A stretch of DNA of 53,408 bases from Emiliania huxleyi CCMP1516. Taxonomy: Eukaryota. This document shows positions 11,219-22,620 of the stretch, in pieces. How positions within the stretch are numbered: the first letter of the stretch is position 1; each line of letters opens with the position of its first letter. The notes under the pieces are model-generated. The model ran no database searches, was not told the DNA's origin, and was given only the letters and a program-made list of their open reading frames with translations. The position numbers and the translations under genes were made by a program. The stretch covers positions 62,001 to 115,408 of the forward strand of contig NW_005201791.1 of the NCBI RefSeq assembly GCF_000372725.1, in the 5' to 3' direction.

Positions 11219-11941
11219 TCAGAGCATCTCGTGGGCAGCCTTCTCCTGGATGAAGGGAGGAAGACCGTTTCCCGAGTCTGTCGGTGTGGCGCCGACAGCC
11301 CTCGCGTATTCGAGGAGGCCGACCTGCCTGTGCAGCTTCCGCCGCACGTGCCTCACGGCGCTCAGCCGCCGCTGCGCCTCCGCCATCGAAAGCCCATGCT
11401 CGCTCAAGAGGTAGGCGAAGGCAACGGCCGCACCACGGCCATGCCCCGCCTTGCAGTGCACGAGGACCCGCGACTTCCCTTCCTCTGCTCCCTTCTGCAC
11501 CTGCTCGCTGATGAAGGCGACGGCCTGCTGCAGCTGCCCGAGAGTGGGCTCCATGTGATCCGTCACCGGCAGGTGAAGCTGCTCGATCGGCGGCGAGAGC
11601 GCGGCGTAGGCGGCGACAGGGCCGCCGTACTCGGCCTGCATGTTGACGACCGCACGCACGCCCATATCGTGCAGCTCACGCGGATGCCCCATGCAGGCCA
11701 GCGGCACAGCGCCGAGCAGAAGCACATCGTCGACCACCGAAAAGTACGGCTGCGGGGAGATGAAACGACGGGCGACGAACGTCGGTCCAATCATCGGCCA
11801 GAAGTAGCATTTGGTGAGCGGCAGCCACCAAGTGCGCGGCAGCTTCTTCTTTAGCAGCAGCAGGTACACACCGCAATAGACACCGAGTGCCGCCACCCAG
11901 ACAGCCGGCGATTGAAGCGCCGTCAAGACACCGAGCGCCAT
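11219..11941 (-). CDS. Dual-specificity phosphatase, PTPMT1-like
   Basis: VHCKAGHGR CX5R motif; LPVTDH acid loop; hydrophobic N-terminus; intact 240-aa ORF. Confidence 0.85.
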   Translation of the reverse strand: MALGVLTALQSPAVWVAALGVYCGVYLLLLKKKLPRTWWLPLTKCYFWPMIGPTFVARRFISPQPYFSVVDDVLLLGAVPLACMGHPRELHDMGVRAVVNMQAEYGGPVAAYAALSPPIEQLHLPVTDHMEPTLGQLQQAVAFISEQVQKGAEEGKSRVLVHCKAGHGRGAAVAFAYLLSEHGLSMAEAQRRLSAVRHVRRKLHRQVGLLEYARAVGATPTDSGNGLPPFIQEKAAHEML

Positions 11942-12388
11942 TCTGTGGGGGCTCGCAGCAGCCTTTGCTGATTCTTATGCACCGAAGCGAGGATGGCCGC
12001 GGGCAACGGACGCGGCAAGACAGCGATATGTGGGCCGATATGCGGCGTGGGTGTCGCAGCAAGTAGGCAGCGGGACGTACGAGTTGCGGGTACCCGGTGG
12101 CGGTTACGCCCGGTTGGAGAGCGTCGCGGCGGAGCACATGATCGACGTGGTGTAAGGACTGTGCTCGAAAACCATGTTTAGTCCATTAGTCGGCGGCTCT
12201 TGGCAGCGTGAAGTCGCAGGTGGCTTTGGGCGCGGACTCGCTCTGTGGCCTCTGGAGGTCTGTGGAGCACCAGCAGGATCCTGAGCTCATCGGGTGTCCA
12301 TTCCAAGTGCCCTTGAGACCCCCACTCAAAAAAACGCAAACCCTGTCAGCAGAGTCTCCTACGGGAATGTACGTAAGAGCTACATACA

Positions 12389-12450
12389 CCCCCCCTTGCC
12401 CCACCACCTCGTGTGTGTGGAGAAGTTTACCTTACCTTACCTTACCTTAC
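12389..12450 (+). mobile_element. Truncated (CCTTA)n-tailed element
   Basis: Matches the 3' end of the copies at 930-1075 and 28460-28594. Confidence 0.65.
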
Positions 12451-12591
12451 ATAAAATGAAAAAAACGCCACGTCGGCGAACCTCGGGCGAGAGTTAGGCG
12501 GCGCGCTGATAGACGAGAGTTAGGCCTGCTGGACGCGCGGCGCCTTCTCGTCGTCGGAGAACTCGATCTACCCCGGCGGGAGGACTGCACG

Positions 12592-13155
12592 ATGTCTCTC
12601 GCCTCCTTCCTTCAGCTTGCCCCCGCCGGCACTGAGCGACCCGACGGCGCAACCTCCATGCTGACCCTCGAGGGTAAGACCCTCACTGCCACACCTTCGA
12701 TGGGCACCAAGCCTGCGACTGAAGCCTGCGTCCTCTTCGGCTTTTCGGACGAGAAGCTTATGGAGGGCGCCGAGGTTAGCGGCCACCGCAGCTACGACGT
12801 GCTTCCCGGCTCCGAGAAGGTCCTCGAGGCGTCCGGGCGCAAGCTCTCCTCCGTGAAGGCCGTGCTCATCATCAACGGCACCGTCAAGCTGGACCCGCCC
12901 AACTTCCGCGGCATGCTCGAGAGCGAGGAGATGTCCGCGAACGTCGGCAACATGTTTGCTCAGCATGACGGCCTCATCGTCAAGCACTTCCTCGCGGCCC
13001 GTTGGGGCGAGAAGAACCGCGGGGGCGGTTGCTACTTCTTCCAGAGCACCGAGGAGATTGAGAAATACCTCTCCAGCGACTTCTGGGAGGGTTGCGTCAA
13101 GGAAACGCCCTGGGAGAACGTCACGTACGAGATGTACGCCGTCGTCGAGAAGTAG
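12592..13155 (+). CDS. Protein with C-terminal YdhR-like (dimeric alpha-beta barrel, putative monooxygenase) domain
   Basis: GLIVKHF...GGGCYFFQS.EEIEKYL.SDFW resembles the YdhR consensus; strong coding codon bias. Confidence 0.65.
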   Translation: MSLASFLQLAPAGTERPDGATSMLTLEGKTLTATPSMGTKPATEACVLFGFSDEKLMEGAEVSGHRSYDVLPGSEKVLEASGRKLSSVKAVLIINGTVKLDPPNFRGMLESEEMSANVGNMFAQHDGLIVKHFLAARWGEKNRGGGCYFFQSTEEIEKYLSSDFWEGCVKETPWENVTYEMYAVVEK

Positions 13156-13492
13156 GCACCATTGGGAAGCTCCCTCCTTTCCGCTCCGTGCATGATACGT
13201 AAATTGCTGCCCGGCTGCGCCGCTCTCAGCGTGTGTGTTAGGGGGAGGCCGCGTTGTGCCTGTTTTTTGCTGTTCTGTGCACACTGAGAGTGGGGCACTG
13301 TGGTGAGGAAAAAACAAACTAGGTTTTCACACACTTGTGAGAGGCGAGGTCAGTCCATCCCATCAGTTCGCACCCTCCAGCGGCAGGGATTTGGGGCATC
13401 CAGCAACAGCATGCGCGTTCCCGGGCATCGTCGGGTCGAGTATCGGGTATCGCGCGCCTCGCCTTGCTTGGGACGCTTGTGTGTGCTCACGC

Positions 13493-14130
13493 TCACGGGT
13501 CGTAGCACTTGCCCATCTCAGGCACCTTGCTTGCACCGCCCCACGTGTGGGTGAAGAGCTCGTACAAGCGGAAGATCTGCCGGTTGCGCACCCACTCCTG
13601 CGAGGGGCGATCGTGGTATGAGACGAACCCGCCCGCCACCTGTTTGAAGCTCGGCTTGCATACACTCTCCTGCGCATTGTCCGAGTAGAGCCCGTAGCTG
13701 GGACCGATGAGGAAGGGCGAGCCCTCGTCAGGTTCTAGAAGGTTGATGAGCGCGGCATGGGCCGTCGCTGGGTAGTTGTGCGTGTACGGGATCAGCGCCG
13801 GGTAGAGCGTGATCTCGTTGGGCGAGTCCTTGAGGTATAGTACAGGCCCGTGCGATAGACGCGGGGCAGGTGGTCCGGCGCGGCCAGTTGCACGAGCTTC
13901 GAAGTGCCGAGCTCGGCGAGTACACGTCTGACGTGCCGAAGGAAGCGGCACGACGTATTCACCTCGCACATGGCGCGGCAGGCGGCCTCGCCTGCCGGCC
14001 CATCGATGGCGGACCCAAGTGGTTCCTAAGCCAAACGTCACCGGCGCTCCCACGCCACACCACCCGTTCGTGCCGGAAGCAGCGGGGCTGATGCCGCGTC
14101 CATCCTGACGGAGGTGGCGGCCATCTCGGA
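13493..14130 (-). CDS. Hypothetical protein, probably spliced; C-terminal ~120 aa look coding
   Basis: Complex aromatic-rich sequence GPVLYLKDSPNEITLYP...GKCYDP*; 5' boundary uncertain. Confidence 0.4.
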
Positions 14131-15137
14131 CGTTCAAGCGGCGCCAGCCAGCGGCTCGGCCGCGCATCCTTCACACACGCCGCCACGACCAACCTGAGCG
14201 GGCCCGGTGTCGAGCCATGGTGCGAGCTGCATGTGAGGGGCGGCTGTGGCCACAGCAGGTCCACCAGACGGACCTCAAAGCTTGCCGTCGGCGTGCTGTC
14301 GTGGCGAGAGCGCGAGATCGCTGCAGAGGAGCCAAGTGCAGTGACGAGCCAGAGGCTACCTGGGTCACCAAGTGGTGGACCCTGCCCATTCTGAGCAGGG
14401 CTGTGCTTGGGTGGGGTTGTGCTTGAGCATGTGTGAAGTGGGAGTGCGTGCCTGCGGTGTCTGTGGGTGAAACAGGCGTGTGTGAGGCCGTAAGAGGCCT
14501 GGTATGAGCCAGAGTGGGCTTCATCACCCAAGATAAGGACGGTTTGGGACAGCTCAGGCTTGATACTGATGGGCCTGGGCCAGGAGAGCGACAGAGAAGG
14601 CGAGGTGGTGAGCTGGGAAGCCGCTTTGTCGGCACCTGGACGTGTCGCGATGAACTGCCAAAAAGCACCTTTGGCGGCTATTGCTCAAATCCCTGGGAGA
14701 GATGGCCTACATAGTATTACTGCATCCATGCGTCTGGTGCATGTGGGCTGTGGGTCGGGACATTTCACGGTCGGTGGCGCCGATATTGACCTCCGGAAAG
14801 CCCTCGCAATCGCTCGGCACGGGGCCACCGGGAGTGCTCTCGAGCCCTACACCGGAGCATCACGAGCCGGTGCGAGCTTGAAGACCCGAGATAAGAAAGT
14901 GCGGTCTGGGACAGCTCAGGGTTGCTACTGATGGGCTAGGCCAGGAGAGCGACAGAGAAGGCGAGCTGGTAATCCATCGCAAGCGACCCGGAGCGCGCAA
15001 CCGCGCATCTCGCCGCCGCGGGGCTCCGACTGGTTATCTAGACCTTCCTTCTTCCTCCCTGTTCCTTCCTTTCCCCTTCCCATCTCTTCCCGGCCTCCGG
15101 CCGGCGCCTGCGGCGCCGTTCTTTTTTTTTCCTTTTC

Positions 15138-15983
15138 TTGCACCACTGTAAAAAAAATGCCACATTTCTACTCAAACGTTTGATCAAATGCCTCCGCTCG
15201 GCGTGGGGCATGATCATCGAGATGGAGCCGACTGCACACCTCAGTTACAGTAATCCAAAACAACCTGACGTGGCGGCGGCAAACATCGGCAGGGGGCACA
15301 GGCGCCTTGTTGCCGATTTGAAGCTCACGAGCTCGCTTGCGAGCCAGGGCAAGGACACGGCCGGCGACGGAGAGCTCGGCTGGAAGGGGGCCTATGTGCG
15401 TTTTGGCAACACGGAGACCGGGCTGCTCAAGTTGGTCAAAGGGCGCGGCAAGTGGTCTCCGTCGGGAGCGACGGCAGCGGCGGTGGCGGGGGAGGAGGAG
15501 GAGGCCGAGGAGGAGGGGGAGGAGGGGGAGGAGGAGGATGCCCCCAAGGGAAAGCTCAAGGAGCTGCCTGGCGATTACCCCTTTGCGCGGCAGCAGGATT
15601 GCGATCTACGCTTGTTTGATTTTGAGGCTTTCGGAGGCTTTGGAAAGGAGGTTCGCAGCACCCTGAGGGAGGCGGCGAACCAGCTGAGCAACAAACTTTC
15701 GCACGCTCAGCACCTGGACGAGGTCACATGGACCACCAAGAACTGGCACGGGCTGCAGATGCAGCGCTTGTCTGTCGTCCTCCACACCGCCGTGGCGTGG
15801 CAGACGGTGAACGAGCTAGCGTGCGGGGAGAGCGGCATTGTGCATGGTGCGGAGTGCATTGCCGTTCTTAACGGAGTCGCTTAGGCGGCTCCGGTGGTGA
15901 GCCTGTGTGTGTGCCAGTCCGCGCCAGTCCGCGCCCTTGTCGTGCCAGTGTGCTGTGAGAGAGGCTTGTATCTTAAGAATTCT
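15138..15983 (+). mobile_element. 5'-truncated non-LTR retrotransposon, restriction-like endonuclease region (CRE-like) plus 3' UTR
   Basis: KQPD...VADLK PD-(D/E)xK-like motif, FEAFGGFG and QRLSVVLH resemble the CRE-clade C-terminus; related 3' fragments at ~2690-3380 and ~6020-6430. Confidence 0.65.
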
Positions 15984-16260
15984 TCTGCGCGCGTTTGTGT
16001 TCTTCTGTAGCAGGCGTGAGGATGAGGGCGGTGGCGAGGGCGGCGCGATTGCGGGTGGTGGCGAGGCTGGCGGCACGGGGGTCGGAAGCGGCGTTGGCAT
16101 GGTCGCCATGATGTTGATACCGGGGCCGAGCTCAGACAGAAACTTCGCTGCTGCCTCGGTGCCCTCGGGTGGCAGTGCGGGGGGCGGCGGAGGGAGCGCA
16201 AGGAGGAGAGAAAGAGCGACGTCATTGCGCAGCCTCAGGATTCAGGTGGGCGTGGAGTAG

Positions 16261-16967
16261 AAGCGCGGCGGTGCACGTGCGGCAGGGCGACTCGTGCGAC
16301 CGCAAGGCGGACGAGCCAGGCCCGTGGAACGCGATGTGGCGGCCGGACCCGAAGCGGCCAGGCAAGCCCACGCGCGAGGGCGTCGGCCGGCGCTGCTACT
16401 CGTGGCGCGTGTACCGCCAGCAGCTGCAGACCCTCCGCGCAAAGTACGGCGTGCGGACGGTGCTGCTCGCCACCGACGACCACACCGGCGAGGTCGTGCG
16501 CGCGCTGCAGGGCGAGCGCGACTTCAACTGGGTCCCCGCCTCGCCCCGCCTCGCCGACAGCAGCTCCCGCTGCCGGTCGACGAGTGATCAGCTGGTCGAC
16601 CCCGCTCTAGGTCTACTACCCGCGGCAGCAGTTCCGCAAGCGCGCGTGGATGGAGTTCCGGTCCGACCTCGACGAGAACGCGCCCTTCTCGCTCGCGGCG
16701 GAGCTCGAGCTCCTCTCGACCGCCGACCTCTTCGTCGGCAGCATGGGCTCGCACACGTCCCGCTCCGTCTACATGCGGATGGTCTCCTCCTCGCGCACCT
16801 CCCAGCTACCGCCCTTCATCTCGGTCGACGGGTACGGACTCTGCTGCGACTTCACCGAGGAGTGCACGCGCGAGCAGGTTCGCGGCCGCGCCCGGCCGGT
16901 GCGCGAGTGCATCTACCGGTTCGGCGCGGTGACGGGCGGGGAGCAGTGGATGTACCACCGGGGGTGA
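16261..16967 (+). CDS. Fucosyltransferase-like (GT23/NodZ/O-FucT fold) C-terminal part; one intron ~16532-16610
   Basis: AVHVRQGD, VLLATDD and ELELLSTADLFVGSMGS motifs; 5' part not found. Confidence 0.7.
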
Positions 16968-17650
16968 GAGGTCTCAGCGACGCGATGTGTGTGAAAATGG
17001 GTTGAGAGGCTTAGCGCTCTGCTCCGGGAGGGTGAGAGAAGAAAAACAAACACGTGCCGGCTGCCGCAGTTGATCAGCTCTCGAGGAGGAGATGTACGAG
17101 GAGATCAGGAGCAGCAGGGACCCGAGGGACAACGTGGACGATGGCTAGTGCTTGTCCCCCGTCGGTAGGAGCCCGGCTAGAGTCGCCGACCACCCACCCC
17201 ACAAAAGAGAACCTCCTTGCGCAAAGAGGGTCGAGTGACCGCGCATTGGCTGAGCCCTGGTCTGACAGCCTGACAGCAAAAGCACATTGGGCGGGGCGGG
17301 GACCTCGGCTCCCCTTTTTGTCCAAATAAAAGTTTTAGGGCCAGCAACACGCACACCTACCTCATACACACATAGAGAGCTGCAGGTCCGTGTGACGGTG
17401 GTGTGGACGGCGTCGATGGACAGCGTGGGGCGGGAGACAGTACTGAGTACAAACAGACAGTATCCGACGACAGCTGCGCGCTGTGGAGTGCTCTCGCTCA
17501 GGGAGGGTCATGAATAGTCGACAAAGGCATGAGTAGTCAACAAAGTTCAGGCCCCCGGGGAGCGCATGGTTGTCATAATCAACGGGTGCGCCCGAGGAGG
17601 CGTCACCGTTTGTGGTTTGAGATAGGTCGTTGGCGGTGCTAGCGTCCGCG

Positions 17651-20602
17651 TCACACATTCGCCGCTTCTGGTGTGCCGCCCTGCTTGATCTTGGCCACCA
17701 CCGAGTTCGATGGCTCTTCAGTGCGGCGCTTCTTCTTGTAGTAAACGTAGCCACCGCCGAGGGCAGCCACGACGGCCACCCCAGCCGCGGCCGCTGCAAT
17801 GGCGACCACAGGGGAGCCGCCGCTGCCGCTAGCGGTTGGCTTCGGGTCTTCTTCGACCTCAACCACGACGGCAGTTTCGACGGACGCCCCCACCCCAGCA
17901 AGGATAGGTCCCATCTGCTCCTCGAACGCATCCTGGCCAGCGGCCCCGGAGTACTGCTCGAGGTTGCGCTGAGCCGAGCTGACTTCCGATTGCGTGACCA
18001 CCGGGAACGTGGCAATCACGGCCACGTTTGCGCAAGTGCCCATAGAGCAAGGTGCAGAATCGACTCTGATCGTCGAATCGAGCGGCACGAAGGCAAAGCC
18101 GGCCAGTTCGGCGAGCTTCTCGAGGATGTTCCTCTTGGTGGCCTCGTCGTAGAAGTCGTACAGATCGCCGCGGGTTGCGGTGAACGAAGCGACGACCCGG
18201 AACGAGCCTGGCTCTTCTGACTGTGGCGACGGCGACACGGCGGGTGGCGGCGACGGGGGCGGCGATGGCGACGCGGAAGGTGGTGGCGGCGACGGTGATG
18301 CCGAAGATGTTAGCGTCAGATCGTTGTTCGTCCAGCCGTCGCAGTACATCGACCAGGTCGCCGTGCCGAGCGGGGGCGAGGAGGAGTCGGCAGAGTTGAT
18401 GCGGGCCTTGTAGCTGCAGCTCCCGTCGCCATCGAGGTCGCTCGATGCGGTGGTGCTCGGTGCGGTTGGGTCCACGATCCAACGAGCAGATCCCGATCCA
18501 TCGCCGTCGCAGTCGGGGTCCCAGTAGATGTAATACGATGACGAGGAATCGCGATAGTACGGCGCTCCTGAGGCCGTGTAGCCGACTGCGTTGTACTCCA
18601 CGTTGGCAAGGAGAGGACTGCATCCCCCAGTGACAACAAAAGGCGGAGGGGGCGGCGGCGGAGGGGGAGGTGATGGAGATGGCGCTGAGAGTGTCAGGTC
18701 TATCTGTGCCCAGGAGCCGTAGCACCACACCGTCCAGGTGTTCGTGCCGCGCGGCGGCGAGGAGGAGGCGGCAGAGTTGATGTGGGCCGTGTAGCTGCAG
18801 CTCCCGTCGCCATCGAGGTCGCTCGATGCGGTGGTGCTCGGTGCATCGCTGTCCACGATCCAACGAGCAGATCCCGGGCTGCCGCCGTCGCAGTCGGGGT
18901 CCCAGTAGATGTAGAATACGGACGATGGGTGACGGTAGTACGGAGCGCCCGATGCAGTGAACCCGGCGGCGTAATACTCCATGTCATCGAGATCGGGGGC
19001 GCAGCCTCCGCCACCGGCGACCACGAGGGGAGGCGGAAGCGGAGACGGGAGCGGCGGAGACGGCGGCCGGAGCGTGTGGAACCGACAGAGGCACTTGTCG
19101 TCCGTGGAGCAATCGCCCGTCTGTGTGCCGGGGTTGAAGTACAAATCATCGGTTCCCCACTCATCTTCGAACCAGCAGCCCGGGGGGTCGTGCGAAGCAG
19201 AGCCCTCTTGGACCGTTGGGGTGACGTCGGCATCGGAATAGCCGTTGAGAAAGGGGCGAAGCTCATGAGCCGCCTGTGCGCATTCGAAGGCGCTCGTGAT
19301 GCGCGCGCGCCCTGGGACATCATTACAAGTCCCGCTCGTCACGAGCACGTAGCTGTCCAAGACGGAGCACTTGACAGAAACGCTGTCGCTTGGCACCCAG
19401 TTGTTGGAATTCCGGTACGCCCAGGTGGAAGCCTGCTGCGGGCACTGTAGCTTGTTGTCGAGGGAAATGATGCCAGCTGATGCCTTTAAGTAGTCAGAGC
19501 CGATGCGCCAATCGGTGAATTCGGGCCAGTAGTAAAGGTAGTTGGAACTCGCCCCCTGTTTGTACACTGGCATGCCGCCCTGCGACAACCCGGGCACGAT
19601 GGTGTAAACGTCCTCCCGGCTGCCCTGGTTGCTGGAAGCAGCGCCAGAGAGGCTGACAATCAGCGAGCTGCAACACGTTTCCGAGCAGCCGTAAATGTCG
19701 CGGATCTGGCGCGCGTCGGTCAGGGAGAAGCCGCCGGTCGACCGCCCAATGCGAGCATCGGAGGTTTTGGTCGAGATCGCGTTTTTCGACGGGTCGATTG
19801 CAAAGCCCCCGATCGCCGGGTAGTGCATGATGCTGTTGTAGTCATAGGGCAGATGGGTGGAGTAATCTTCGTCGATCGTGTACTGATCATGCTGGTCGGA
19901 TACAATGTTGTCGTAGTGAATGATCACATACGCGTCGCGGTCGGGACGCTTGTGCGTGTGCCCGAGACCCAGAGCGTGCCCAATCTCGTGGACGATGTCA
20001 CCCAAACGGGTGTCATCATTGCACCACCCCATGTTGAGCTTGATCCCCTCGCCGTCCCAGGGGAACTTCACGGAGCACATGTCGTCATCGTACCGGCCGA
20101 CCGTAATCGCCGAATGATCGCATACATACGTGCGCACGAAAGTGAGACAGAAGCCGAGTTGGTTGATCTCTACTTCGGCACGATTGACCGCCTTCTCAAA
20201 GGCGCTCCTGCGGGTTGAATCGGCACTCCCGTCGAAGCAGTAGTAGACCTCACCTCCTTTGTGTACGATGGCGTTGGAGTGGATGTCAGAGTATGGCTCC
20301 ACCAGACGATTCAGGCGCCTGCCGGAGCCTAAGTGTTCGCCGTCCTGCTTGTGGTGAGCAACACCGAGCTCGTCATCGATCTCGTCATCCGTGAGCCAGA
20401 GGCCGCTGTCAATCAGCTCGGCTGTGGACATACGATCCACGACTGCCGTCATCATCTCGAGCCGGCTCGGCGGGGAGTCGACAGAGGCGGAGATGTTGAG
20501 GCGCGTGTACTCATCGGCAAAGCGCTCAAGGATCTGGGACCCCTCGGAAGAGCCACGTGCGTCGCCAGCTAGACACGCGAGGACGAGATAAAGGCGCAAC
20601 AT
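17651..20602 (-). CDS. Astacin-family (M12A) zinc metalloprotease, single-pass membrane protein, intronless
   Basis: Signal peptide from ATG 20602; HEIGHALGLGH; RPDRD; SIMHY Met-turn; duplicated extracellular module; Pro stalks; TM helix followed by YYKKKRR. Confidence 0.9.
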   Translation of the reverse strand: MLRLYLVLACLAGDARGSSEGSQILERFADEYTRLNISASVDSPPSRLEMMTAVVDRMSTAELIDSGLWLTDDEIDDELGVAHHKQDGEHLGSGRRLNRLVEPYSDIHSNAIVHKGGEVYYCFDGSADSTRRSAFEKAVNRAEVEINQLGFCLTFVRTYVCDHSAITVGRYDDDMCSVKFPWDGEGIKLNMGWCNDDTRLGDIVHEIGHALGLGHTHKRPDRDAYVIIHYDNIVSDQHDQYTIDEDYSTHLPYDYNSIMHYPAIGGFAIDPSKNAISTKTSDARIGRSTGGFSLTDARQIRDIYGCSETCCSSLIVSLSGAASSNQGSREDVYTIVPGLSQGGMPVYKQGASSNYLYYWPEFTDWRIGSDYLKASAGIISLDNKLQCPQQASTWAYRNSNNWVPSDSVSVKCSVLDSYVLVTSGTCNDVPGRARITSAFECAQAAHELRPFLNGYSDADVTPTVQEGSASHDPPGCWFEDEWGTDDLYFNPGTQTGDCSTDDKCLCRFHTLRPPSPPLPSPLPPPLVVAGGGGCAPDLDDMEYYAAGFTASGAPYYRHPSSVFYIYWDPDCDGGSPGSARWIVDSDAPSTTASSDLDGDGSCSYTAHINSAASSSPPRGTNTWTVWCYGSWAQIDLTLSAPSPSPPPPPPPPPPFVVTGGCSPLLANVEYNAVGYTASGAPYYRDSSSSYYIYWDPDCDGDGSGSARWIVDPTAPSTTASSDLDGDGSCSYKARINSADSSSPPLGTATWSMYCDGWTNNDLTLTSSASPSPPPPSASPSPPPSPPPAVSPSPQSEEPGSFRVVASFTATRGDLYDFYDEATKRNILEKLAELAGFAFVPLDSTIRVDSAPCSMGTCANVAVIATFPVVTQSEVSSAQRNLEQYSGAAGQDAFEEQMGPILAGVGASVETAVVVEVEEDPKPTASGSGGSPVVAIAAAAAGVAVVAALGGGYVYYKKKRRTEEPSNSVVAKIKQGGTPEAANV

Positions 20603-21165
20603 TAGCTGTTCGAAGGGAACGTTCGCGCGTCGGGCAACCAGTTCTTTGCACCTGTGGGGCGAAGCGTCGGTCGTCAGGCGATGCGAGGTTCTGGTGAGCA
20701 TGCTCAGAGAGAGAAGTATGAGGTAATGGGCCAGAGTTGATCATCCCAGTACGAGAGCTGCGTAGCGCATGGGAGAGTCGCGGGGCGGCCGGGCTTGCAT
20801 ACCTGAAATGCTCAAGCAGCTCGTGTGTGAGGCGAGCCGCGGCGAAGACCAACTCGAAGGAGAGCTCTCGGCGTGACAATCCATCGCGCCTCCTTTGGTT
20901 TTTTCTTTTTTTAGTTCACGCCCTTACATCCGAGCCTGGCTGTTCTTCACCTTTCTACCTACCTACCTACGCCCTTCTCGTGCCTTTCGCGCGATTACCC
21001 AAACGCGTCCAGGGAGGGCGAAAACAATTTCGTTGCGTGGCACACAGTTTTCTGACTCTTCTATACGCCGCCAGATCACAGTCTCAGTTTCGGGGACTGC
21101 ACTCGGCACTCGCGCTGTCGCGGTCGCGACGTCCCGACATGTAAGACCGGGGACACATGTGTGCC

Positions 21166-22620
21166 CTAGTGTGTGCCCCGGCCCCCAACCCCCCCCCCCC
21201 CCATCCATAATGGTTTAATGCCCACGCGCCGCCCCGTCGGGCTCAGGAAGGTCAGTGGCGGGTAGCACCACTCGGCCTCGCCGGGGAAGCAGCTCAGGAA
21301 GCTCAGGTTTGCGCCGCGGTCGATAACAGATCGCGCGACAATCTTAAAAAGCAGGGCGTGCACGGTGTCGCCCTGCGCATGCCCGAGCGCGTACTGCACT
21401 GCCACCAACAAAGAAGTGGTCCCGCTCATCGGGGCGAGCTCGGTGCCGCCCTTGGCGAAGAAGTCCACCTCGCTCTCAACATTGCGCAGACCACGCCACA
21501 CGTCGACCGACATCATTGGCGTCGCGGCGAGCGGCCGACACAGCGCGCAGCCGCCTCAGGCCGTCGGCGATGAAGGAGAGGGTCACAGGGAAGGGATAGG
21601 CTTGCTGTTGGCGCCCCTTGGAGTCTCGCTTCTCCTGCTTGCGGAGGCACAGCCGGTCATCCTCCGTCCCGTGCTGCAGAAACTCGCGCTCGATGCTAGC
21701 GACTCCCTCGCTCATTCCCGCCCACACCTCCTCCTCGGGCACATTACAGAAGGCTATGACACCGAGGGCAGCGTCGACCGGCCGCCCAGTCATGAGGCGG
21801 CGAACCTCGAACTTGCTGGAGGCGACATGTGTGTTCACCGCCCCTCCCGCCTCTCGCTCGGATTCGCAACGTGGATGCGCAACGCCAGCGGTGCAAACAG
21901 AGCGGCGACGAGTGCGGACATCATTCTCAACGATGGTGATGAGATGCTTGGCATCAAGGCCATTTTCGGCCATTTAGCTGCAAATCGTGCAGATTTCGAG
22001 CGGCGGCGGCGGCGCTGGCGGCGGCGGTGGCGGTGGTGGCGGCGACGGTGGCGGTGGTGTTGGCGCTGGAGGCGGGGGCGGCGTTGGCGGCGGCGACGGT
22101 GGCGGCGGCGGCGGCGACGGTGGTGGTGACGACGGTGGAGGCAGCGACGGTGGCGATGGAGGAGACGGCAGCGGCTGCGGAGGAGGTGCAACTGGAAGGG
22201 GATTCTCTGGAGACTCAGGAAACCGCTTGGGTAGAATTGCGCACGCGCGCTCAAACCACAGTGGGGAGGGGCGTCATTGGTTGCTGGCCAGAAGGTGTGT
22301 GGTGACGGCACCGTGGCAGGAGTGCGGAGATGAGCTCGCCGAACGCGAGCAGCAGATGGCCAAAGTGTGCCAGCGCGAGAGCCTCGCGAGCGGGCGCAGA
22401 AGGAGCTCGCCGTGACACGATGCCGAACGATGCCGGCCGGGCGGTGGTGGTGCTCTGGCGACTGTGCACAGTGGGCAAAGTCAAGCTGCAACAGGGCAGC
22501 ACGATGGTAGTGCCCTGCTGCAGCCTGGCCTGACATGCACAGGGCGAACAGAGACACTACTATCGTCTGGCGCTCGTCACCGAACCGGGGCGAACTTCGA
22601 CCGCCGCCACAGCTCGCCAC
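21166..22620 (-). pseudogene. Disrupted protein with C-terminal R-S-E type ADP-ribosyltransferase-like domain
   Basis: VWRG, GGTELAPMSGTT and FPGEAE.CYPPLTFL motifs; frame change near 21520; Pro-rich and hydrophobic segments upstream in other frames. Confidence 0.6.
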
